Assembly (NCBI RefSeq): GCF_001194135.2
Contig: NC_068995.1
Coordinates: forward strand, 37,946,760-38,007,635
DNA: 60,876 nucleotides
Reading direction: 5' to 3'
DNA from: Octopus bimaculoides
Lineage: Eukaryota
Part shown: one piece after another, positions 9,977-21,289 of the stretch
Numbering within the stretch: position 1 is the first letter of the stretch
How the letters are laid out: every line of letters starts with the position of its first letter
Notes under the pieces: model-generated
Seen by the model: the letters and a program-made list of their open reading frames with translations, nothing else
The model's database searches: none
What the model was told of the DNA's origin: nothing
Program-made: the position numbers and the translations under genes

Positions 9977-11167
9977 ATGACATTTGTTCAATACTTCGTC
10001 CTGATTCTGACTACATTTCTATCGGTAGTAAATTGTGACCCAATGTACAAAGATGAGTTAAGGTTGAAAGACAAATTATTATCTAATTATACGAAACATA
10101 TAAGACCTGTCGTTAATTTAACTGCTTCGGTCGATATAAACGCAGAATTATGGCTTGAATTACTCTATGGTTTGGACTACGTAAAAAATATACTTGTGGG
10201 CCAGTACTGGATTCAATTTCAATGGACGGATGAATTCTTGAGATGGAATCCATTAAACTACAATAATATTACGCGTATCTATCTACCTATAAATAAGGTA
10301 TGGACCCCGTCTATTACAATGTTGAACACATTAATGGAAACACAATCTAAAAATAATTTTCTCGAAATGACTGTGGATTTTAATGGATCTGTCACAATGG
10401 TGGAAATTAAACTACTACAAACCTTTTGTGAAATATATGTTTACAATTACCCTTTTGATGCACAGACATGCGTTATTTCTATGGGTATCCCATCGCATAA
10501 ATTTCAAGATACAAAAATAAAAGAACTTTCATGCTATCGTAAAAGTGATATATCTGACTCTGAATGGGGTATCAGCTTCTCTTGTAATGTACATGGCACA
10601 AACAACTCTTTCTCGTACGCATCCGCTACGCTGTACTTACATCACCAAATAAAGATGGGTACCATCGCTATGCTGATTCCAACAATAATGATGACTATAT
10701 TAACTATCTCTATTTTTCTCCTGCCACCAGAATCTGGTGAGAAAGTTTCTCTAGCAATGACAATATTTTTATCAAATGTCTTGTACTTTCTACAAATCCA
10801 CAATGGCTTGCCAAAAAATTCAAATCAATTCTCGCTTCTTACCTTTTATTTAATGATATTATCACTGTTAAGTGGTATCGCTACTCTTGGTTCGGTGATT
10901 ATAACCAGGCTGTATGTAAATCAGTTAGTTGACAATAACAAATTGAACCCGTCGCACCAAAGTAAAACTTCGTTAAAAAACATTAATCAAATTGCTGATA
11001 TTTCAACAGTGTCTAAGGAAGAATTTAATCCTGTACCTAAAGCAGATATTTCAAGGAAAGGGATGAAAAAAGGTATTTTCCATTACAGCCGACTTGATGG
11101 TATATTCCTAAAAATTATGATTCTAACATCGGCAATAGTTTGCATTTTCTTTATGATTCTGTCTTAG
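9977..11167 (+). CDS. Cephalopod chemotactile receptor (atypical nAChR-like Cys-loop cation channel subunit), 396 aa, single-exon CDS (CR-A)
   Basis: Signal peptide; N-terminal helix and RP motif (LLSNYTKHIRPV); W-x-D-x-x-L-x-W and VWTP motifs; Cys-loop C151-x13-C165 (CEIYVYNYPFDAQTC); M1-M2 LLPPESGEKVSL; short M3-M4 loop; terminal M4. Lacks loop A Tyr, loop B Trp and loop C vicinal CC. Collinear without gaps with 36097-37296 through M3. Confidence 0.93.
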   Translation: MTFVQYFVLILTTFLSVVNCDPMYKDELRLKDKLLSNYTKHIRPVVNLTASVDINAELWLELLYGLDYVKNILVGQYWIQFQWTDEFLRWNPLNYNNITRIYLPINKVWTPSITMLNTLMETQSKNNFLEMTVDFNGSVTMVEIKLLQTFCEIYVYNYPFDAQTCVISMGIPSHKFQDTKIKELSCYRKSDISDSEWGISFSCNVHGTNNSFSYASATLYLHHQIKMGTIAMLIPTIMMTILTISIFLLPPESGEKVSLAMTIFLSNVLYFLQIHNGLPKNSNQFSLLTFYLMILSLLSGIATLGSVIITRLYVNQLVDNNKLNPSHQSKTSLKNINQIADISTVSKEEFNPVPKADISRKGMKKGIFHYSRLDGIFLKIMILTSAIVCIFFMILS

Positions 11168-12149
11168 AACAGAATGACATTTTTACATTTAAATTATAAA
11201 GTGATCTTGCATTGTGAATCTTCAATCATATATGATACTCCACTCATTCCGAGACAGACATAAATGTTTAACCTTTGCTTCACACATGGTTCCAAATAGC
11301 GAGGATATATGTACAGAGTTGTCACATACTACCCATTAGAAATGCTTAATTTAAATACTAACGCAAGATTTCCACTCTATGAAACGAACATTGAAAACTA
11401 ACTATTTTACTTCGCTCAATTTAGCCTCATGCTTATAATGATTTTCACATGTTATCCTCTATGCAAGTCTACAAGTCAAATCGTGGGCAATTGAAAGCAT
11501 ATATATATATATATATATATATATCAAAGGTGGGAGAGAAGACAGATTAGATTATCGTTCTCCTACTCCGGTCATAATTGGGTATACAATTAATATATAC
11601 ATATATATTTCCTTTATTATATCCCAGTTATACAGAAAATTACATTGGATACAATAAATTAAATTAAAATCTCGAGCAAGTGAGATGTTTACAAGATTTA
11701 CAATAATTCTTGTATGCAGTAAACTTTAATAGAGTATGGATATTTAAAATTGTCCTCGAATGAAATGAAATAAAGTAGTTCACGAATGAAATAAATATAT
11801 AGTCAAGTGACATATATTACGATCCTTTCAGGGTATATATAATGGTCAGGCGTTTTCCGTTTCAGAAAATATAATGGCCAGATGTCTTTCAGATTCTTTT
11901 CATCTGGCTGAATCAACTATCTTAATTTCATGAAGAGAAACTCTAGTAATTTTCTATGTTAAAGATGAGGTTAAATGTGTGTCCGAGGGAAGGGTTAATG
12001 AGGTATAAGATACATGTCTGCTGATATAAAGGGGATGATAGGAGAGAGAGGGAGAGAAAAAATAAGGTTAGTATTGGGATGTGTGTTGATAGAAATGTAT
12101 GTTTTTATATTGTTTTGGGAGGGAGGTGGTGGGAGATGGTGCTAGCTCA

Positions 12150-14075
12150 CATATTTACAACAAATGCGAAGATCATGCTTGCTCAAATATTTACAACAAA
12201 TTCAAAGAAAGAATTTCTATGATTCAAGAAGGTAAACTGACGACAAAGTACCAAAATACGCTGACGTTAAAGGAAAGCAATCACTTAACCAACTTTGAGA
12301 TGAAAACCAGCACCTTTATGGATTAAAGAAAGTTCACAAATCCAAAGAAATCCAAAACAACACAAAATGCAAAAATACATCATATACCGATGTGCCAAAA
12401 CTGCCAGCTTTAAAATGGCGCCCAATTTTTGCTGGTCCACCTTCATGCACACGTCTAAGCAACCCATTAGATACCATTCTGAAACCCCTATTTAAAAATT
12501 GCAAAGCTACATCAGAGATGATATGGAATTCCTGAACTATACCCTCCAGAAAGTACACCAAGACACAATCTTAGTCAGCTTTGACGTAACAAGCTTATAT
12601 ACGAAAACTCCACACGACTTAGGAATTGAAGCTGTTCACTTGTGGATTACATAGACTCAGGTTCCATTTCAGAGAGATTCCCGAAAGAGTTGATTTTTGG
12701 AAGGTCTCAAATGAATATTGGAGAACAACCACTTCCTCTTTCATACCTAACTGTATTTACAAATAAAAGGAACGACCATTGCACAAAAGGAGCCCAACAT
12801 ATGCGTCACTCGTTATGGATTACCTAGAGGCAAAACAATATTGCCAGCTGCAGCAAACGTTCAGTCACGACTTCGCCACTTACATTAATAGCAACTGGTG
12901 ACCTTACCTAGATGATTGCTTCATTTTCTAGGATATAAGGTAAGACCTGCAAAACTTCTATTCCATCATAAACAGGCTTCACGAACCAATACAATTTACA
13001 ATGAAATGTAATAGAAAGGAACTACCGTTTCTGGATATCGTTATCATTAAAAAATGGGAAAATATCGAAACAGCTATTTTACAAACCAATAGGCACACAC
13101 CAATACTTAAAATTCCGATCAGCACATTCCTCACAGGCCAAAAGGAAATTCCCTTTAAGCTGGCAAGAGGCAGCTGCACTATAGTTACTCACCATACACC
13201 ACAGCAAATAAGACTATATGAACTAAAATCATTCCCTAAAAGGCAAGAATATCCTGTGAATCTCACCAGTACGGCTATCTCCAAGGCCCGGAACGTTCCG
13301 CTGACACCACTGAGAAAAGCAAACCAAGAAAATAAAAAGGAAAAAACAGTTATCTCTTGTGTCGTCAGTCAGAAAGCAAGGGACTTCAACATTGTCAAAG
13401 TCGCCAAACGATATCTCACAATTCGCCAGCAATGCACCAAAATGAATGCACTCATAAAAGTCTCACAAATATAATATAAGAGACGCTAAGCACCGAACCT
13501 AAAAAACCTGCTCCCCAAGGCGAAATTTACGTCTAATATTGAACCAATGCAAGTTCAGAAATGCGGGGACACGCGATGTTGAACTTGTGAATACTTTGAA
13601 GAGGGTGGATAAATCTCCTTGAAAAACAATGAGATTTTCAAAGTTAATGCAAACATGAATTGCAAAAAAAAAAAGAAAAAAAAAGAAGAACTAGTCTATG
13701 CGCAACTTGCCTCCAATGTAAAGAATACAATATTGGTGAAACTGGAACGGGACTACATGGCAGAGTTTGTTTATAGGAAAAACAAATTAGATACCCTCTG
13801 TCAGAAACACTCCTTGCAGTGAACACTTCGCATAATTCGGAACGGAACAATATTAAGAATATCCCCCTTTCCTTAAGTTATGGTCGGACAACGAACATTT
13901 CCGAAAAAATAAAGAAGAATTCTTAGAAAGTACAAAGCACTACTGCACACAAAACAATGATATTGCACCGCACTATAACAGGACTCTCACTTTGTTTTTT
14001 TTTTTTTAAAAAAAGAACGCACATACACTTTCAATCATTTGATCTTTGAAGAGGGAAACAACCCCAGGCGGTACA
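12150..14075 (+). mobile_element. Penelope-like element (RT plus GIY-YIG endonuclease), frameshifted
   Basis: KWRPIFAGP, LVSFDVTSLYT, YLDDCFI, IQFTM...ELPFLDI, IPFKLAR; then CGDTRC*TC and CKEYNIGETGTGLHGRV (GIY-YIG region). Confidence 0.9.
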
Positions 14076-15204
14076 TTACCATTTCACTAATCACCCTAGA
14101 AATGAAGTTAAATACTTGAGTAGTGTAGATACGCGCGCACGCGCACACGCACAAGTATAAACACACACACACATACACGCACACACATGTATATATGTGC
14201 GTGCGTTGTGTACGTATTCATGGGTATGAAGGTATATACGCGCATATACATACACACATATACCTATACACACACACACACGCACACACACACACACAAT
14301 ATATATATATATACATACATTATATATATATATACACACACATATGTATATGTATATGTATGTGTGTACGTATGTATGTATATATGTATATATGTATGTA
14401 TATGTAGGTATTTATGCGTATGTATGTGTGTATATGGATATATATATATATATATGTATGTATACTTTCTATGTTTATATGTAGGGAAGTAAATACGTGA
14501 GCTAGGACTATCTCCGCCACCTCCAAAATGACAAAAAATACATTTCTATCAACAAACATTCCAAAACTAACCTTCTATTTTTCTCTCTGCTGTCATTCCC
14601 TTTTTATGACATGTATCTTACACTTCATTCATACCCCACGCCCCAGACACATATCTACACTCATCTTTAGCATAGAAAATTACTGAAGTTCCTTATTATG
14701 AAATTAAGATTCAGCCATAAGTAAAAAAAAAATTGAAAAAAACTCTGACTATTATATTGTTCACTAAATGTCAACTATTCAAATGGAACCAGCAGAACGG
14801 CACTTTCACAATCCCTGCATAAAACACTGCTTATACACACCACCACCTTCCAACTCCACTCTCAATCTATTGTCTTGTTTTTACCATTCACTATTTTCAT
14901 TCAGCTCTGGTTTATCAACACTCCTTCTCTTCCACACTTATTAAAAATCCCCAAACCAGACCTCAGACACACCCAGATCTCTTATATATGGAATCCCACA
15001 ACACAACACAACCTGTGATTAGTTTGATAATCGCCACCTACGAATACAGGATAGGTCTCCAGAAAAGTTAGGGAATCTTTAAAATATCTCCCCACCGAAA
15101 TTAACAAAGAACTTACCAGGTCTACAAACCAACCAATATAATTATATTATTAAAAAATTAAATTTATTAGAACTACCAGTGTAGACATCCTTTTACTTTT
15201 ACAA

Positions 15205-15294
<90 letters not shown>

Positions 15295-15390
15295 ATAGTA
15301 TTTCAAAAGATTGTATTTCTATTGGTGATTATTAAAATCTGAGTAGCAATTGATTTTTGACTACAGTGCACAAAAAAGCACAGTAACAAA

Positions 15391-15639
15391 TGTTGTTGGC
15401 ACTCCGTGGCTTACGACGACAAGGGTTCCAGTTGATCCGATCAACGGAACAGCCTGCTCATGAAATTAGCGTGCAAGTGGCTGAGCATTCCACAGACACG
15501 TGTACCCTTAACGTAGTCCTGGGGGATATTCAGCGCGACAAGGCTGACCCTTTGAATTACAGGCACAACAGAAACAGGATGTAAGAGTGAGATAAAGTTG
15601 TGGTGAAAGAGTACAGCAGGGTTCGCCACCATCCCCTGC
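15391..15639 (-). mobile_element. 5'-truncated copy of the SINE at 4163-4557
   Basis: Near-identical 3' body (GGTTCCAGTTGATCCGATCAACGGAACAGCCTG) and (CAA)n tail. Confidence 0.92.
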
Positions 15640-16404
15640 TGTTTAACTATGAACCTTTACTTCTTTATGTATCTTGTAAATTATTATATATTAACCTTTA
15701 TGCATAGATAGATATTTCAAAATGATCGGCATTTATCGCTATGGAAGTAAATATTAGTTCTGTGTTTCAACATTGTTATTTTACGTCTGCTTTCGTCCTG
15801 CGGCTGGTGACAGATATTGTTTCAGCATTCTGCCAAGAACGCACTTGTGTTTCTATTTTCTTTTCAAATATGTTAGTATAACATTGTGTAAGAAAGAATT
15901 GATTACTATTATGTGGTCTATTCAACTTATTACTATAAAGTCATATGTACCTTTGGCATATATTTAATTTTAATTGTTAAAGCTAGTTTATACAAAATAC
16001 TATGTTGCGAACTTTGAGAAAGAGTTAATTCATTTTACTATGAATAAATTGAAACTTGAAATTCTTTTTAGTATAATGTTAATACCTTTATTTTTAGCCA
16101 TATTATTTATTTATTTGGCTTCCAATAATTGTTGTTATATTATATCTTTGGAGATCTTTTAAATGTTATGTTATTTGTTGAATTGGATATTTTATTTAAC
16201 TGAGTAAGTTGTCCGTTTAGGAGATTAGTTTGTTTAATTTCTAGATCACTATGTAATTTTAGATTTAGCTATTAAATAGAAGATGTTAATGTTAAACGTG
16301 TTATAATGGTATTAATAATATCTGCTTTATTAATTATTTAAAAAAAATTTATTCCTCTCACTCCAGTTCACTCTGCCGTATCACACGGATATCAAATTTA
16401 TTTG

Positions 16405-16738
16405 ATAATAAACTGTGCCTGCGAAAACCTTTTGCGTCAAGTGAAGTCATTGTCGTGGCCGATACCAGTCCTGTCGGACCGGCACTCGTGCTGGAGGCAC
16501 GTAAAACGCACTATTCAACCGTGGTCAATGCCAGTGCCGCCTGACCTGGTTCCGTGCCGGTGGCACGTAAAAGCACCCACTACACTCTCGGAGTGGTTGG
16601 GGTTGGGAAGGGTATCCAGCTGTAAAAGACTTGCCAGATTAGATTGGAGCCTGCTACAGCATTCTGCCTTTCCAGTCCACAGTCAAACCGTCCAACCCAT
16701 GCCAGCATGGAAAGCGGACGGTAAACGATGATGATGAT
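16405..16738 (+). mobile_element. GC-rich SINE/retroposon 3' portion with (GAT)n tail
   Basis: Internal duplicated motif GTG(C)YGG(A/T)GGCACGTAAAA and terminal CCCATGCCAGCATGGAAAGCGGACGGTAAACGATGATGAT resembling RTE-type 3' ends. Confidence 0.7.
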
Positions 16739-16743
16739 ATAAG

Positions 16744-16816
<73 letters not shown>

Positions 16817-17231
16817 TTATATAAGCATACCTACATCTCTCTCTCCCTTCTCTCTCTGTATATATATATATAAATTTTATAATTAATTAATAATTATAAT
16901 TGAGGGCACACATGGGACGAACGTTGTTATAGATAAGAGTCAACAATACTCTAATAAGTCACCATTTCACTAAAAGCACAACAATTTGAAGAACATCGAA
17001 GGACGAGCACAGAAAATGTACTTAACATCACGGTTGTTAGTCGCAATTGAGTTTGCACATATCCCTGTAACATCTGATTTTGAGCTTTGAGATACTTCTC
17101 TTAGATCTCACCAGCAGGTCACACTGTTTACCCTGGGTTAAAAGTTTTACTCACTTCATGCCAGCTCGAAATTTAAACCATATCAGTGTATAATTTTATG
17201 TAAATAAATAAATACAGATATTATTATTGTT

Positions 17232-17282
17232 GAGTGAGAGAGCAGGACATGCCATCAAAGTGAAACTGGGGTAAAATATACG
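17232..17282 (-). mobile_element. 51-bp extreme 3' tip of the (AAT)n-tailed retroelement family, embedded in a (TTA)n array
   Basis: The reverse complement matches 52790-52840 (CGTATATTTTACCCCA...CTCTCTCACTC); TTA repeats on both sides. Confidence 0.85.
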
Positions 17283-17352
<70 letters not shown>

Positions 17353-17363
17353 ATAGCAATAAA

Positions 17364-17648
17364 AATAATATAAGTGGCCAGCAAGCATTAAACCAATAAA
17401 AGCGCAAATCCGTAAATTTTGTACTTAATTTAGAATTATAATTGAGGATACACGTGGCACCAGCGTTGTCATTGATTTTCTTCGACCTGTTGTACTTTCA
17501 GTGAAATGGTATCTTAGAGTATTTTTCGACTCTTATTTATAGTAATGCTAGTGCCTCGTGTACCCTCAATTATAATTATTAATTAATTATAAAATTTATG
17601 GATTTGCCCTTTTATTGACTTTAATGCTTGCTGGCCAATTATATTATT
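17364..17648. mobile_element. MITE-like element with about 105-bp terminal inverted repeats; partial inverted second copy at 16871-17010
   Basis: AATAATATAAGTGGCCAGCAAGCATTAAA at the left end versus TTTAATGCTTGCTGGCCAATTATATTATT at the right end; 16871-17010 aligns to the reverse complement of 17460-17600. Confidence 0.85.
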
Positions 17649-19906
17649 CTTATTTATGTGTGTATATACTTATTATAAATAATAATCTCTTTCTCACTAT
17701 GTGTCNNNNNNNNNNCTTTCATAATAGCACAACGATATAAGTTGGATTGTCTTTCTTTTGGCTGGGATTTTTCAAACCTTTTATGCACTACTCACTTAGA
17801 AACAATGGAGGAAACGTTTTATGGTTATAAGAAAAAATTGGAAATCGGCGACCACACATCTATTATTTTCAAACAAGTAATTAAACGTAAATAAAAAAAG
17901 AAACAATGAAGTCTTGTGAATTTTTTTCATTAACATGACATTTTAAGTCTCACTTCTAATCTATGGGCAATCTGAATCTGAAATATACTTTTAATAATTT
18001 CAATATAATTTTGAGACGAAAAGGTTGTGATATAAGGGTGATTTAGCTGTGGTTTGTAGTACATCCCACAAAATTACTATTACTGGTCTTCTAAAATATT
18101 AAGTATTAACACCAGGCAGTCACGTCTTGCCCCATTTCAAGTTTTACAGGAGAGAATATCTGCTGCTCCACTTTCTGTAGAAAGGGCGTGTTTCAAAGAT
18201 CAGGTGTTCCATTTGCTGTCAGCTTAGTGAAGGATTAGGATGCCACAGGTGATAAAGCGTAAACATTCACTGAAGCAGTAGGGTATCCAGTGTGTCTTGT
18301 GCAGTAAAAGAGTGTGTCATCACTGTTTGAGGCACTCACTTTTCACCATTTTATCACTTTGAGTGAGCTGTAATCCTCGATCGTGCCAAGACCAAATTAG
18401 GTTGCTTAGCATCCAGAGCTTCATCATGCACCCAGAGCCTTCAGCTAGACGAGCAATGCGATTGGTGATGTTCCAGTTGTTTCCAATGTTCTCAGACTGT
18501 TATTGTCGAAAAAAAAAACTAAACTAAACACGGTCGTGTGTGATGGAAATATCCTCTACTGGATCTGTTGATAATTTCCAGAAGTCTCTGGTCTAGCAAT
18601 GTAAATGGGCTTGAGTTTTGCCGATAGGAGATAAACTTTTCAGATATTGAAGTACGGTCAGTTAGGCTTGGTAGAGTTGTGCAGAGAGCGAGGAATATTT
18701 TCTGTACGCATCTGTCTTGGGCCCTGGTACAATTGACCATAATTGTGGAATTGTCCCGAACGTATCTGTCACATGTATGACGGATTAGGCTATGTGTGAT
18801 GTTTACTTTAAGCATTGACCCGCTGCATACCTATGCTCAGGAAGGAGAGGCAATGCTTTTTTGTCTGCTGCCTTTCATGAAAGAAGTTGTGCAGTGGATG
18901 AGTTTGAAAGTTTTAAACTTAGGTAACGTTCACTTAACCTACCAGCAAATTTGCTCGGGGCTGCTTCGAGCATAGGTCTGTAGATTGATGGAGGAGATGG
19001 GGAGAGAGGTCTTGAATCCTGGTCAGGGTGAATATTACTTTGTGTGAATTACCCGGTCAACTCTAGGAGGTCTGCTCACATTTGTGGAGTTGTCCTTGAT
19101 TGAATTTTCTGCCTTCTTGTTTTGACTTACATTATAATCGCTTTTATACATCGCTGCATCATATCTTATTGTATTCAATCATTCTGTACCTACATCGATT
19201 TATCTGTAAAAGCGTAATGACTAATAAACTATAATAATAATAATTATTATTATTATTGTTTTTGTTGTTGTTGTTGATTCTGTTCTCAAGGTGGCAAGGT
19301 GACAGAGCATCGATAATACGCTTTGCATCAGTTGTTCCTACCCTTTATGTTCGGAGTATATTTCGCACCGAGGTCAACTTTGCTTTTCATCGCTCAAGCA
19401 TCGACGAAATAAAACAATAATCAAGCAATAGGGCACACGTAACGACAAGCCCATTAAAAAAAAATGCTTGCCTTGTGCTATAAAATTTAGCGGTGAGATG
19501 GATCGATGATTGCTGCGAAGAAGAATTCGGGTAATCAAACCATAAATTATAAAAATTCTAGTTTCTATTTGACTATGTGTTTATAACATTAAAACACCTA
19601 TACCAATTGCGGTGGGGTGGACAGAAAATATTATTTTCCTCTGAGTATAGTTTCCCCAAGGAATAGAAAAGGGGTAACCCTTCACACTTCAGCACAAGTT
19701 GTGCAGGACACACTGAAAAAACAAACAAAACAAAAAAATAACAATAGTTTATAAAACAACAGGAAGTCAAAGTCGCAAATTAGAGAGAGCAGAACAACAA
19801 CAAATCGAAAAATATCTTCGTCCTCTGTGGGACACTAAAACCTACGTTCCAAGAGGAGCACTATCTTTTTGCCATAAGAAAAGAAGACCTCTTTCTGTTA
19901 CTCACA

Positions 19907-20763
19907 TAAGAGGTCTGATCAATAAGTATCCGGACCCTCGACATTGTAACGATGTTAAAGCACGCAGAGTACAGCCACTTTGCAAAGATTGTTCATATGC
20001 TCGAAGTTTGAAAGTCCTAAGTCACTTCCGCTGTTTGCAGTATGGCTTGAAAAGAAGGTGTGTAGCGTGTGATTGTTGTATTGAGCATGACAGAAAAAGT
20101 TGTTGTGAAGAAACCTACTCATACGCCTACGCAAAGTTGAATAAAGTGAATGGAGAGCAGTGTATGAGCCGCACACAAAGTACGAGATGTTCAGACAATT
20201 CCAAGGTGGATATTGACGAACGTTCTGGGTTACCCGCAACCAATAGAAGTGAGAAAAACTCGCAGATATGCGTGTAGCTGTGAAGAGTGATCGTGGAATC
20301 ACCATCCGTGAGTTATAAGAAGATGTGCAGATTAGTTACGCTTCAGATCAGTCCATTATCACTGTGAATTTGAGTATGAGACGCCTGTCTGCCAGGTGTT
20401 TGCCAAAACTGCTCTCAGCTGACCAAACAGACACTGGGTTTTCAGTGTTGTGCAAGATATTTGTGATTGTTTCGAGAACGATGAAAGCATTTTGAAAATG
20501 TTGCGTAGGCCTTTGAGCAGGTATCACGAAGCGTTTGGCAAAATGAGATGCAGATTCTCTTCTCAACTTGCTCTTCATGGTCAATGCGATGATTACACGC
20601 TACACACCTTTATTCGAGGCACTGCTGTAAACAGTGGAAGAGAGCTGGAACGTTAAAACCTAGTGCGCATTCACAGCAGATTTCAAGTTCAATCTGTGCC
20701 AAGAGGCTTCAATCTGCGTGTTTTAGCTTCGTTACCATGGCAACTTATTGATTAGACAACTTA
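19907..20763 (+). mobile_element. Internally deleted mariner transposon
   Basis: TIRs TAAGAGGTCTGATCAATAAGT and ACTTATTGATTAGACAACTTA; N-terminal transposase remnant GEQCMSRTQ...DERSGLP...SDRGITIREL...MRRLSARCLPKLLSADQ; catalytic region missing. Confidence 0.88.
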
Positions 20764-21289
20764 CCTGGGTCGTAGAAAGGTAAAAAAAAATGGTGTTGTG
20801 TTATCAAATATAGACATCTGCTGGTTTGTGACACCTCTCCACCTGGACATAGAAGACGAAATAATCATCTTACACGTGCTCAACTGGTTGGGACAGCACT
20901 TTGAGATGTGGGTGCAAATGGATAACAATTGTCTGGAAACAATTCCAGACCTAATAAATTAAGTAGGTAGCACCAACCTCCACGTGGCCGTTGAGGGTAC
21001 AAAGCGGAGGATTCACCTGTGTGTGGACAAATTATCTAAAGGTCTTCTGACCACAACAAAAGAGTACAGGAAGCCACCACCACGTTTACCGACACCACGA
21101 TAACCATAACCACCACCACCAACACCACCAAAGCAACGGCATCAACACTGGCAGTTAACCACCACAGTTGCAAAAACAACAGTAACAACAACAGCAAGAG
21201 CTGACACTCGAGGTGCTAAGCGCCCTTTCTCGGTCGACGCTTGTTCCAATACTGTAGTTCCGTTAATGAAACAATCTGCGGAAAATCCT

